Below are positions 32,271 through 41,366 of a stretch of 64,000 nucleotides of DNA, piece after piece. Position 1 is the stretch's first letter. The number at the start of each line of letters is the position of its first letter. The position numbers and the translations under genes are program-made. The notes below the pieces were generated by a model. It did no database searches and was not told the DNA's origin. It saw only the letters and a program-made list of their open reading frames with translations. The stretch covers positions 3,232,001-3,296,000 of the forward strand of contig OZ245006.1 of the NCBI GenBank assembly GCA_965223545.1, written 5' to 3'. Source of the DNA: Planctomycetota bacterium (GTDB lineage Bacteria > Planctomycetota > UBA1135 > UBA2386).

Positions 32271-33043
32271 GCGGGCCGCGATCTCCTCGCTGGTCTCTTC
32301 TCGCCCTCGCCGTCTCGCTGCCGGCCTGCGCACCGCAGGGCATCGACACCTGGCCACTGCCCGAGACGGGGTCCAGCGCCGACTTCGTGACGACGGTAAC
32401 CATCACGGAAGGCGCCGACACCCGCGGCATGGTGACCGTGATCCACATGGATGAACGGCACACGGCCACCGACCGACAGGGGTCGTTGCGCACGGTCGAG
32501 ACCGCGTGCCAGCGCGTCTGGGGTTCGATACGAGGCGGCGGCTTCCGCACCCCCGTCGAGTTCGACACGTCGGGCGGGGGTCGCATCCATCCGCTGGCAA
32601 AGATGTTCGTCGACGCCATGCAGCGCGCGCGGCGGATCGTCGTCGACGCCACCGGCGTCGTGCAAACGGTCCAGATGCACGACGGCAAGAGCTGGCGCGA
32701 CCCCGACGAGCACGAACGCGCGACGACCCAGCTGGCCCACCTGCAAGCCCCGCCATTGCCCGCCGCGGTCGGCACCGCGTGGGTGCCGGCAGTGGGTGCG
32801 CACGAGTGCACCGAGCACGGCTGCGTGTTGATCGGCATCGAGAACACCCTCACCACCGTGACCCGCGACACGCTCCACATCGAGAGCCAGGGCGACCTGG
32901 TCGACGACGAAGGCCACCGGCATTCGATCCGGCGGACGGCGGTGTTGTCGCGCCTGGACGGCTGGCCACTGCAGGCCGATGTGTCGGGTGCGTCTGGCGG
33001 TCGCGATGTCCGGATCGAGACGAGGCGCGCTCCGGCTCGCTGA
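32267..33043 (+). CDS. Putative lipoprotein, hypothetical
   Basis: ATGA-coupled; LPAC lipobox-like site. Confidence 0.6.
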   Translation: MSGPRSPRWSLLALAVSLPACAPQGIDTWPLPETGSSADFVTTVTITEGADTRGMVTVIHMDERHTATDRQGSLRTVETACQRVWGSIRGGGFRTPVEFDTSGGGRIHPLAKMFVDAMQRARRIVVDATGVVQTVQMHDGKSWRDPDEHERATTQLAHLQAPPLPAAVGTAWVPAVGAHECTEHGCVLIGIENTLTTVTRDTLHIESQGDLVDDEGHRHSIRRTAVLSRLDGWPLQADVSGASGGRDVRIETRRAPAR

Positions 33044-33052
33044 CCTCAGCGA

Positions 33053-34030
33053 TCAGGCACCGCCCGCTTCGCTGAGCTCGGCCAGCAACGCGGCGATTGC
33101 TTCCCGTTCGCGCTCCGGCAGCACGCGGTCCGCGCGCGCGCGGGTCGCCGCACCCAGCTCGTCGTAGAACCGGGCGTCATCCTCCGCCCGCGCCAGCAAC
33201 ATCGCCAGCTCGGCGTCGTCGCCGACCGAGAAGTAGCCCGGATAGTCCTCGCCGAGCAAGCCGACCGCCCCGGGGATCCGGGAAGCGAGCGTTGGCACAC
33301 CGAGAGCGAGCGCCTCACAGACGGCATTGGCGCCGCCCTCCATGCGCGACGACGACACGTGCAGCCAACTGCCCGCGACCATGCGGAGCACCTCTTCGCG
33401 CGGCAGCTCGCCGCGCCACTGGTAGCGCGGGTTGTCCGCGGCCTCGCGCTCGAGGACGGCGGTCCAATGGGGCTCCAAGACCGCACCGAGGTGCAGGACG
33501 CGTACTCGCGACGCCACTGGCAGACGCCGCACGGCGAACGCGGCACGCATCGGGTCCTTGACCTCGCGCAAATGGCCCACCACCACCGCCGTCAGCGGCG
33601 GCTGCGGCACCGGTCGCACGCCAGCGGGAACCGCGACCGACTGCACGATGACCCGTGCCTTGTCGCGCACCTCCTCGGGCAACACCTCGACACCGCGATC
33701 GTGCAAGACCACGATGCGCGTCGCCAACCGCAACGAACGCTGCGCGGCCGGGTCGACCGCCAGATCCGCGTGCAGGTCGGTGCCAGTCATCATCAACACC
33801 AGCGGCCTGTCGGGGTGTCGCTGCGCGAAATCCTCGATGGCCGCGGCACTGCGGCGAGCGTGCAGGGCAACCAGCACATCGGCGTCGCCCGACCCACCAT
33901 CCTCCACCGACACCTCGTGCCCGAGTTGGGCGAGCAGCATCGCCCAACGCTCCGCGGTGATCCGGTTGCCCTTCTGCGAACCGGGGGGCGCCGGCGTGCG
34001 AATCGCGATCCGGAGACGTTCCACCCTCAC
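33053..34030 (-). CDS. senB: Selenosugar synthase SenB-like glycosyltransferase (TIGR04348-type)
   Basis: RIAIRTPAPPGSQKGNRITAERW, LVALHARRSA, TGTDL, VGHLREVKDP, SRMEGGAN; GTGA-coupled to the upstream sulfoxide synthase. Confidence 0.85.
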   Translation of the reverse strand: MRVERLRIAIRTPAPPGSQKGNRITAERWAMLLAQLGHEVSVEDGGSGDADVLVALHARRSAAAIEDFAQRHPDRPLVLMMTGTDLHADLAVDPAAQRSLRLATRIVVLHDRGVEVLPEEVRDKARVIVQSVAVPAGVRPVPQPPLTAVVVGHLREVKDPMRAAFAVRRLPVASRVRVLHLGAVLEPHWTAVLEREAADNPRYQWRGELPREEVLRMVAGSWLHVSSSRMEGGANAVCEALALGVPTLASRIPGAVGLLGEDYPGYFSVGDDAELAMLLARAEDDARFYDELGAATRARADRVLPEREREAIAALLAELSEAGGA

Positions 34031-35316
34031 TCCAACGCGCAGGTGCGAAACCCGGCGAACACATCCCGGCGGGTCGGCTGGAAGAAATTCCGCCACGTGT
34101 TGCGGAGCAATCGCGACGGCGTGACCCAGCAGCCCCCGCGCAGCACCTTGCGGGTGTGGAACGAAGTCTGCGAGTAGTCTTCGTACATGTCGGGCTCGAA
34201 CCCCGGGTAGGGCGCGAACGTCGTCGACGTCCACTCCCACACGTTGCCCATCAGCTGGCGACAACCGGCAGGAGAATCGCCGCTCGACAGCGCACCAACG
34301 CCGACGGCGTCGCCGTAGACTCCGTCGACGTTGGCGCGCTCGGCGTCGACGCGGTCGCCCCCCCACGGGGTGCCGCGGGCTGCGCGACTGCCGTGCGCCG
34401 CGGCGGCGAACTCCCATTCCGCCTCGGTCGGAAGCCGGCGGCCCGCCCAGCGGCAGTACGCCTCAGCCTCGTGGTAGTTGACGTGCATCATCGCCCGGTC
34501 CGCCTGCAATTGCTGCCAACGGTCGAAGGAGCGGCGCTCGTATCCGCCTTCGTCTGGGCGCCAATACAGTGGCAACTCGGCGGCGGCCGAGACCCGCCAA
34601 GCCCAGCCGACCGGCGACCAAAGTTCGCGGCGCCGATAGCCAGCGTCATCGACGAACGCGGCAAACTCCGCCTCGGTCACCGCGCGCGCGGCAATCGAGA
34701 ACGGCTCCACTTCGGTGCGGTGAGCCCACTTCTCGTTGTCGAAGCAAAACCCGCCGCCGCGCGGAAAGCCGAGCTCGAACGCGCCACCCCCGACCGCGAC
34801 ATCACCCTCGCCACCGGGTTCGGCGGCCGGCGCCGGCCGCCGCGGAAACGCCGGCGCCGGGCAACCCAATGCCTGACGCGTGTAGGACAGCGCTTCGATG
34901 TGCATGTCCTCGTGGAACACGGAGTACAGGAGCAGGTAGCGCAGGCGGTCGTCGGCACCGACCGCCAAACACTCCTGCACGCGCCGCTCCACCGCCTGCG
35001 CATAGTCGATCGCCGCATCGCGATCCGGCACGGGCAGCCGCCAACGGTTCTCGTGCGCAATCGTGGTCGAGTCGAACAGGCGGTCCGCGTCGGCCATTGC
35101 CGGCGCCTGGCCGGCGCCACGGCGCAACACCCACAACTCCTGGAAGTAGGCCAAGTGGCACAGCTCCCAGACGAACGGGTTGACCGTGGGCAGCAGCGGC
35201 ACGTCCAGCTGCTCGTCGGTCAGGTCCTCGACCAACGAGATCGAGCGCTGCCGCGCGTCGCTGACCCAAGCGCTCAGAGTCCGGTCGGGAATCACCAGCA
35301 AGGCGCGGCTCACCAT
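34027..35316 (-). CDS. senA: Selenoneine synthase SenA (EgtB-like DinB_2 + FGE-sulfatase fold non-heme iron enzyme)
   Basis: NPFVWELCH and FHEDMHIEA (3-His iron site), FDNEKWAH, RRLPTEAEWE, GNVWEW, RNFF...FAGFRTC; adjacent to senB. Confidence 0.82.
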   Translation of the reverse strand: MVSRALLVIPDRTLSAWVSDARQRSISLVEDLTDEQLDVPLLPTVNPFVWELCHLAYFQELWVLRRGAGQAPAMADADRLFDSTTIAHENRWRLPVPDRDAAIDYAQAVERRVQECLAVGADDRLRYLLLYSVFHEDMHIEALSYTRQALGCPAPAFPRRPAPAAEPGGEGDVAVGGGAFELGFPRGGGFCFDNEKWAHRTEVEPFSIAARAVTEAEFAAFVDDAGYRRRELWSPVGWAWRVSAAAELPLYWRPDEGGYERRSFDRWQQLQADRAMMHVNYHEAEAYCRWAGRRLPTEAEWEFAAAAHGSRAARGTPWGGDRVDAERANVDGVYGDAVGVGALSSGDSPAGCRQLMGNVWEWTSTTFAPYPGFEPDMYEDYSQTSFHTRKVLRGGCWVTPSRLLRNTWRNFFQPTRRDVFAGFRTCALE

Positions 35317-35364
35317 ACGGTGACCGCGCCGCCAGCCCCAACCCGAGCCTTCGCAAACCGGTGG

Positions 35365-36084
35365 TCAGAGCCGGGTGATCGTGACCTGCGCGACCGCGTC
35401 GCGCCAGTCGTAGGTCTCCGGTGCGAGCGACGCGATGCCGTGGATCCCCGCGTGGATGTGCACGAACCCCTCGGCACCGGTGGGCACGCGCACCATCGGG
35501 TTGCCACAGGGCGGCCCGGGGATGTGGGCGCAGTCCTCGGTGTTGGCCTCGCTGCCGGCGTCGTAGGCAGCGGCGCGCACCGTGACACTGCCCGAGGCCG
35601 GCAAGGCCACGCGGTTGAGGCCGACGAAGGCATCGTTGGTGATCACCAGCATGCCCGCCAGCGACACCATGTCGCGGCCCGGCGTGCCGGACACGACCAC
35701 CGTGGCGGTCTCACCGGGGACGATCGGCCCCCCCGCGCCCATCGCGACCTGCACGTCGCGGACGAACGGGCTGGCGGCCAGACTGGCAATCAGCGGCTGG
35801 TTGAGAGCGTCCTCGGCGACGCCCGCGAGCTCGGCACTCGCCGGCGACCCGAGCGTGAACAGCGCCGGCTGGTCGGCGTTGTGGCTCGCGACCACCGGCG
35901 GCGAGAAGATCTGACCACGGGTGACATTCGTGATCTTGACCTCGTACTGCACCGGCGGCGCCGGCACCTCCGCGTCCGGCAACAACGTCACCACCGGCAC
36001 CGCAGCCCCCAACAACAGAAGAGAAGAACGAACACGAACGGAAGAAGTGAGCATGAGCATGGTCTCCAAAGGTCTGAACACCAC
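35365..36084 (-). CDS. Secreted Spondin_N domain protein (no shared C-terminal domain)
   Basis: YEVKITNVT..QIFSP...H, AED, MLVITNDAFVG, YDAGSEAN; start may be 36060 or 36054. Confidence 0.85.
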   Translation of the reverse strand: MVFRPLETMLMLTSSVRVRSSLLLLGAAVPVVTLLPDAEVPAPPVQYEVKITNVTRGQIFSPPVVASHNADQPALFTLGSPASAELAGVAEDALNQPLIASLAASPFVRDVQVAMGAGGPIVPGETATVVVSGTPGRDMVSLAGMLVITNDAFVGLNRVALPASGSVTVRAAAYDAGSEANTEDCAHIPGPPCGNPMVRVPTGAEGFVHIHAGIHGIASLAPETYDWRDAVAQVTITRL

Positions 36085-36168
36085 GTCCTACGACCCCCCG
36101 GTCACCATCCGTTCACAGTTCCACCACGATTCGGTAAAGACGAACGTACGGAGCCAGGCTCCCATCCC

Positions 36169-37284
36169 TCACTCCGCCGGCACCCCATTCCCCCCGCCCT
36201 CGACCGGCAGATCCACCCACACCCGCGTCGCCTCTGCCGACGAGCTGGCGCCGACCTTGCCACCGTGCGCCTCGACCAAGCTCTGCACGATCGCGAGCCC
36301 GATGCCGGCACCGCCGCGGTCGCGCTCGCGCGCGCGCGACTTGTCCACGCGGTAGTAGGGCTCGAAGATCCACGGCAGGTCCTCGGCCGGAATCGGCTCC
36401 CCCACATTCTTGACCAGAACCCGCACCAAACGCCGCCGTGACAGCACCGAAATGGTGATGCCGTGCGCACCATCCGAGTATTGCAGCGCGTTGTGGAGCA
36501 GGTTGCCGAACACTTGCCGCAGTTGGTCGGGATCCGCGAGCACCGGTGGAACCGCATCCCCGACCACCTCGATGGCCACCGCCCGCTGCGCGCTCTGCGC
36601 CGAAAAGCTCTGCACCGTGTCGTCCAGCAACGAACGCACGTCACAGGGCTGCCTGCGCAACGGCGCCTGCTCCGCGCCAACACGCGCCGCGCGCAGCAGA
36701 TCTTCGGTCAAGCGCACCAAGCGCAAGAGCTCTTCGTGCAAGCCCGACAGCGTCTTGGCAGTCGGCTGCATGAGCCCATCCTGCAGGGCCTCGATCGTGC
36801 CGCGCAGATTGGTCAGCGGCGTGCGCAGCTCGTGCGCGACGTCGACCACCATCGCTTTGCGCGCGGCTTCGAGCTGGGCCAGACTCGCGGCCATCTCGTT
36901 GAACGCAATCACCAGGCGGTCGAGCTCGTCGGGCACGCCGCGCCGTTGCTCGACCGGCGAATAGTCGCCCGCCGCGACCCGAGCGCTGCCGGCGGTGAGG
37001 CTGTCGAGCGGGCGCAACAGCCGGCGAATCCACCAGTAGTCCACGACGAACGCGATCAGCACCGCGGCGGCACCCACCTGCACCGTCGCGATCCGCGTCG
37101 CCTGCCGAAACATCGACTCGACCTCGTCGGTTTCGATGTCGTACTTCTTCATCAAAGCCATGAACGCGTCGGCGGCGAGCAGATCGACCGCGATCTGCAC
37201 ACACAGCACCGCACCGGCGATCAGCAGCGCCTGGCTGGCCAGCAGCTTCCACAGCAACCGGCCCCGCGCCGCCCGCAGCCTCAC
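36169..37284 (-). CDS. HAMP-domain sensor histidine kinase (BaeS-like)
   Basis: Two TMs, HAMP, DVAHELRTPL, NLLHNALQY, FEPYYRVDKSR, GAGIGLAI. Confidence 0.92.
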   Translation of the reverse strand: MRLRAARGRLLWKLLASQALLIAGAVLCVQIAVDLLAADAFMALMKKYDIETDEVESMFRQATRIATVQVGAAAVLIAFVVDYWWIRRLLRPLDSLTAGSARVAAGDYSPVEQRRGVPDELDRLVIAFNEMAASLAQLEAARKAMVVDVAHELRTPLTNLRGTIEALQDGLMQPTAKTLSGLHEELLRLVRLTEDLLRAARVGAEQAPLRRQPCDVRSLLDDTVQSFSAQSAQRAVAIEVVGDAVPPVLADPDQLRQVFGNLLHNALQYSDGAHGITISVLSRRRLVRVLVKNVGEPIPAEDLPWIFEPYYRVDKSRARERDRGGAGIGLAIVQSLVEAHGGKVGASSSAEATRVWVDLPVEGGGNGVPAE

Positions 37285-37997
37285 TCCGGCTCCTCGTACC
37301 GATAGCCGAAGCCGCGCACGGTGATGATGAACCGCGGTTTCGCCGGCTCCGGCTCGAGCTTGGCGCGCAGCTTCCCGACGTGCACGTCGACGACCTTGGG
37401 CACCACGCAGCCACCGGCCGGGTACAGCGCCTGCAGCAGATCGCGCCGCTCGAAGCACCGGCCCGGGGACCCCATCATGGTCTCCAACAACCGATACTCG
37501 GACGGCGTCAGCGCGATCTCCTGGTGACCGCGGAACGCGCACCGCCGCTCCTCGTCCAACACCAACCCCCGCCCCGGGGTCGGCCGACGCGTCGCCGCCG
37601 TGCGCTGCAACCGCCGCAGCACCGCCTGCACCCGCAACACGACTTCGCGCGGACTGAACGGCTTGACGACGTAATCGTCGGCCCCGAGCCCGAGCCCCTC
37701 GAGCCGATCGCTCTCCTCGTGACGCGCGGACAGAATGACGATGCCAACATCGCTGACCGCGCGCAGCTCGCGACAAACGCTCCAGCCGTCGCGGTGCGGC
37801 AGCATCAGGTCCAACACCACCAGCTCGGGCCGCTCGCGCAACGCCAGCGCCAAGCCTTCGTCGCCGTCATGCGCGATGCTGACCGCATGGCCAGCGTCAC
37901 GCAGATACAGCGCCAACAGCTCCGCGGTGCGCGGATCGTCCTCGACCACCAGCAACCGCGCTGGTGCCGGTTCGGGGAGCGCGCCGCGGGCGGACAC
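37281..37997 (-). CDS. OmpR-family response regulator
   Basis: LVVEDD, VLDLMLP, GADDYVVKPFS, VDVHVGKLR, TVRGFGY. Confidence 0.93.
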   Translation of the reverse strand: MSARGALPEPAPARLLVVEDDPRTAELLALYLRDAGHAVSIAHDGDEGLALALRERPELVVLDLMLPHRDGWSVCRELRAVSDVGIVILSARHEESDRLEGLGLGADDYVVKPFSPREVVLRVQAVLRRLQRTAATRRPTPGRGLVLDEERRCAFRGHQEIALTPSEYRLLETMMGSPGRCFERRDLLQALYPAGGCVVPKVVDVHVGKLRAKLEPEPAKPRFIITVRGFGYRYEEPE

Positions 37998-37999
37998 CG

Positions 38000-39070
38000 T
38001 CAACGGCCGACGCGCAACTCCACCGCGTCGGTCAAGCCGGCGTGCGAAGGCGCCCACAGAGCCCCCTGGGCGAAGACCACCGCCCCAACCAGCGACGAGT
38101 TGTTCGGCACGCCCAATGCGATCGTCACCGGGCTCCCGTTCCAGACCGGTCCCGGCACGACCGGGAAAGCACCGCCGAGCAGCAGCTCACCCGGCGCACC
38201 CGGCCCCCCGAGACCGTGCCCCGGGATGATCACGCCACAGGGAAAGCCGGGCGCCGGTTGCGCCGAGATCCCGAGCACGGTCGAGGCCATCGCGCCGAGC
38301 GTCCCGGTCGGGTCGTGCAACATCACGCTCACCTGCTGGCCCAGCTGTGGCGTCGTCGCGCCCACCGTCAGGCTGTCCTGCGGATTGGCGCAGCCGTACA
38401 CCGACGTCGAAGAACGCAGCACGAAGCGGTAGGTACCGACCGGCCCGGGCAGACCGGCAAACGGTCCCGAGGCAGTGGTCACGTAGTCGATCGGATCCGC
38501 CGGCACGGTGTTGGCGTTCGGCGAAGTGTAGCTCGTGCCGCTGTCGGTCCCGGAGTCGTACACGCGCAGCGGCACCGTCAGATCGGTGACCCACTGTCCG
38601 CCCGGCCGCAAGTCCAGCCCGCTGACGCCGACAAACCAATCCGGACTCGGCGCCAGCATGCTGACCAGCGTGACGTGCGAGAACTCGGCCGTCAGCGTCA
38701 TCCGGACGCCGCGCGAAGCCGGCGAGGTCGACAAGCCGGAGAAGCGCAACACTTGATCTGCACCACCGGCGGCGATGGCCGCATTCACTTCACTGGTCAA
38801 CAGCGTCGTGGCGCCGGTCTCGGCCATCGACTCCATGCCCGGACTGGCCAGACCACCGCGCTGCCAGAACGACGTGCTCGCATCGTGCGAGCCGCCGATC
38901 AGCGGCGAGAAGTGCGGGTTGGAGGGAAACGAGACCGGATGGGTGGCGGCGCTCCAGGTCGACGAGAACGTGACGTCGTAGACCGCGACGCCCTGCTGCG
39001 CCGACAACATGGGGCCTTGGGAGCAGAGTCCTGCCGCGACGAGGAGAAGACGGGGTGCGAATGTGTGCAT
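38000..39070 (-). CDS. Secreted Spondin_N domain protein with the shared C-terminal domain
   Basis: WSAATHP..FP...HFSPLIGGSH, MAETG, SMLAPSPDWFVG, YDSGTDSG; C-terminus FAQGAL...TDAVELRVGR. Confidence 0.88.
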   Translation of the reverse strand: MHTFAPRLLLVAAGLCSQGPMLSAQQGVAVYDVTFSSTWSAATHPVSFPSNPHFSPLIGGSHDASTSFWQRGGLASPGMESMAETGATTLLTSEVNAAIAAGGADQVLRFSGLSTSPASRGVRMTLTAEFSHVTLVSMLAPSPDWFVGVSGLDLRPGGQWVTDLTVPLRVYDSGTDSGTSYTSPNANTVPADPIDYVTTASGPFAGLPGPVGTYRFVLRSSTSVYGCANPQDSLTVGATTPQLGQQVSVMLHDPTGTLGAMASTVLGISAQPAPGFPCGVIIPGHGLGGPGAPGELLLGGAFPVVPGPVWNGSPVTIALGVPNNSSLVGAVVFAQGALWAPSHAGLTDAVELRVGR

Positions 39071-39173
39071 GGTGATGTGGGGAATTCCGTTGTCCCCACG
39101 TTTACGGGCCGGGGCGGCCGCGGTGCCGATCGCGGCGGGTCTTTACCGATTCTTGGCCAACCGACGGCTCGGG

Positions 39174-40607
39174 TCAGCCGATGCGGATCTCCAGCCCGCC
39201 GGAGAAAGAGAAGCCCGACGGCGCCGCCGGGTCGAAGAATACCGCTTGCGCGAAGACCCGCGCCCCGGGCATCAATGTCGGCGGCAAGGGCGCGGTCACC
39301 GAGAGTGCGCCCGCGCCCGGCTGCCCGGCAGGGCCACTGACGAGGAGGTTCAGGGCCATCGCCGGCGACACCAGGAGAGTGCCGCCCAGCACCGGCAATG
39401 CCGCGGTCGTGGTGCCAAGCACCAGGACCCCCGGAGCACCGCCGAGAACCGCGTTCGCGTGCAACGCGATCTGTTGGCCCGCCAGCGGACAACCGGTCGC
39501 GGTCAACGCCGGTACGTAGCCGCCACTGCCGGCGAGACCACCGCCGTAGAGCAACAGCGCACCCGAGCAGGGCGCACTGGCGACCTCGATCAAGGTCGCG
39601 ATCTCGCCGCTGCCCCCCGCCGCCGAGATCGGCTGCGACGGGTTGATCACCGCTCCGCCACCCGACTGCCCCTGGGAGAAGGCCAGCAAGACGTTCGCGA
39701 AGGTGTCCAAGACCAGGGCCGCGCCACGTCTCGTCGACCAAGTGCCCGCGTTGGTGGCTCCGGCGCCCGGGTTGTTGTTGGACGCGAACGCAGTCGCCAC
39801 CAACGAGCGGGCGTCGATGCGCACCATGCGCGGCTCGAGCGAAGTCGAGTTCGTGTCGACGATGGCGAGGAGATCTCCGTTGGGCAACCGACTCAGGCCA
39901 ACGGGCGTCTCGCCCGAACTGCTGACCTCGAACGCCCCGCAAGCAACCGGCCCGACGACGCGGCGGCCATCGGCCGACAGCTGCGCGCGCCGGATGTTCA
40001 GCGTCGTGCTGACCTGCCCGCCACACCCGGACTGTCCGGTCGGCGCCAGCGCGACGAGCGAGTTGGTCTCCGCGTGATAGATCAGCTGCGCGTACTGGAA
40101 GAACCCACCGGGCGGCGAGAAGTCGAAGGCACTCTGCCCGCTCTCGTCGAACAGGGTCTGCAGCCGATCGCTGGCGTCCAGGTAGACCACGCGGCTCCGC
40201 GAGACCGCGGTCTGCTGCATGTAGATGCGGCCGTCACCGGTCGGCGCGAACGCCCCGAACGTCGTCCCCTGGAAGCCGAGCGACTGCAGATTGCCCTGCG
40301 CATCGGCCAAGTACAGCTCCTGCGGATTGCCGACCGCACCGACCACGCCGACGAAGACGAGCTTGTCGCGATACGGATCGTACGCGATCGAGTCCTGCGT
40401 GTACGCACCTCCCTTGAAGTCCACGATCATCTGCGCGTTGCCGTTCGCCGGATCGATGCGCATCACCGCCCCATCGACCGAACTCCCACCCGTCACCGCC
40501 GGGCTCTTGAGGAACACGTCGCCGACGGCAAAACCCTGCGCGGAGACGCAAGGCGTCAGGACAGCGAGGCAACACATGAGCCCGCGCGCGGAGAGAGGAC
40601 CGGTCAT
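39174..40607 (-). CDS. Secreted probable beta-propeller protein with the shared C-terminal domain
   Basis: Signal peptide ending VSA-Q; C-terminus YGGG...FAQAVFFDPAAPSGFSFSGGLEIRIG. Confidence 0.75.
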   Translation of the reverse strand: MTGPLSARGLMCCLAVLTPCVSAQGFAVGDVFLKSPAVTGGSSVDGAVMRIDPANGNAQMIVDFKGGAYTQDSIAYDPYRDKLVFVGVVGAVGNPQELYLADAQGNLQSLGFQGTTFGAFAPTGDGRIYMQQTAVSRSRVVYLDASDRLQTLFDESGQSAFDFSPPGGFFQYAQLIYHAETNSLVALAPTGQSGCGGQVSTTLNIRRAQLSADGRRVVGPVACGAFEVSSSGETPVGLSRLPNGDLLAIVDTNSTSLEPRMVRIDARSLVATAFASNNNPGAGATNAGTWSTRRGAALVLDTFANVLLAFSQGQSGGGAVINPSQPISAAGGSGEIATLIEVASAPCSGALLLYGGGLAGSGGYVPALTATGCPLAGQQIALHANAVLGGAPGVLVLGTTTAALPVLGGTLLVSPAMALNLLVSGPAGQPGAGALSVTAPLPPTLMPGARVFAQAVFFDPAAPSGFSFSGGLEIRIG

Positions 40608-40668
40608 TGGAAGCTCCTGGTGCGAGGAACAACGACGATAGCCGATCCCGCGCCCCCTCGCCGACGCC

Positions 40669-41110
40669 TCACCAGAGCGGCAGCAACACCGGCGCCGGGG
40701 TGATGTCCCCCTCGTCGAACGCAGTCTGCGGTGACGCCGCGTACGTGGGCTGGTTGTCGTCGTCGACGGGGACGCCGCTCGGGTCCAGGAAACCACGCCA
40801 GGCCAGATACCGGGTCTTGGTGGCCCCCGTAGCAACCACGCCACTGGACAGCACGACATCGATGCTGTCGTCGAGCACGGTGTTGGTGCCGTCCGCGTTC
40901 GCGCCGGGACGACTCACCAGCTGCACGAGGCCGTCGCCACCGAAGCCGCCGACTGGTTCGTCATCGCCCTGCCTCGTGGTCGGCGGCGGGTACTTGCCAA
41001 AGGGGAACATCGACACACCGCCGACGCCGCCGTGCCCCCCATTCGCGCTGATGCTCCCCGCTGGGCCGACCTCGATCCTGCCGGCGGCGACGATCGCCAT
41101 CGCCCCTCCG
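40669..41110 (-). pseudogene. Probable 3' fragment of a larger glycine-rich secreted protein, truncated at the repeat element
   Basis: GGGAMAIVAAGRIEVG...ISANGGHGG...GGDGLVQL begins abruptly at the repeat boundary; no signal peptide or RBS. Confidence 0.5.
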
Positions 41111-41325
41111 CCACGGCCGTGACCAAACTCGGATGCCGCTCTTGCCGGAGCGGTTTCGAAGGCCGGACACATCCGTCGCCTCGAGAATGTTGTCGACGCT
41201 CGACGATTGGTGGCGCCGGAGGCACTGTCTCTCCGAGCCTCCGGCGCGGCAGCGTTGTCGCCATGGCGGCGGCGTCGCCTCGAGAATGTTGTCGACGCTC
41301 GACGATTGGTGGCGCCGGAGGCTCA
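41111..41325 (-). repeat. ~200 bp dispersed two-hairpin element, copy 3, with an internal 50-bp duplication
   Basis: Reverse complement closely matches 7725-7915; identical 50-mers at 41174-41223 and 41273-41322. Confidence 0.85.
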
Positions 41326-41366
41326 CTCTGCGCGGCCGTAACCCGCGGCGGGTATCCTCGGTGACC

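Noticed and set aside
33053..36084. Selenocysteine (UGA read-through) genes near senAB
   Set aside because: The TGA codons here end complete domains or form ordinary GTGA overlaps; no in-frame continuation or SECIS-like hairpin was evident.
41174..41322. Two identical 50-bp repeats separated by 49 bp, resembling a mini CRISPR array
   Set aside because: Only two units, no cas genes, and both the repeat and the 'spacer' are parts of the dispersed element also seen at 7725.
41133..41366. N-terminal extension of the S9 peptidase ORF with a repeated peptide
   Set aside because: It is a translation of the repeat element; the signal peptide starts at 41367.
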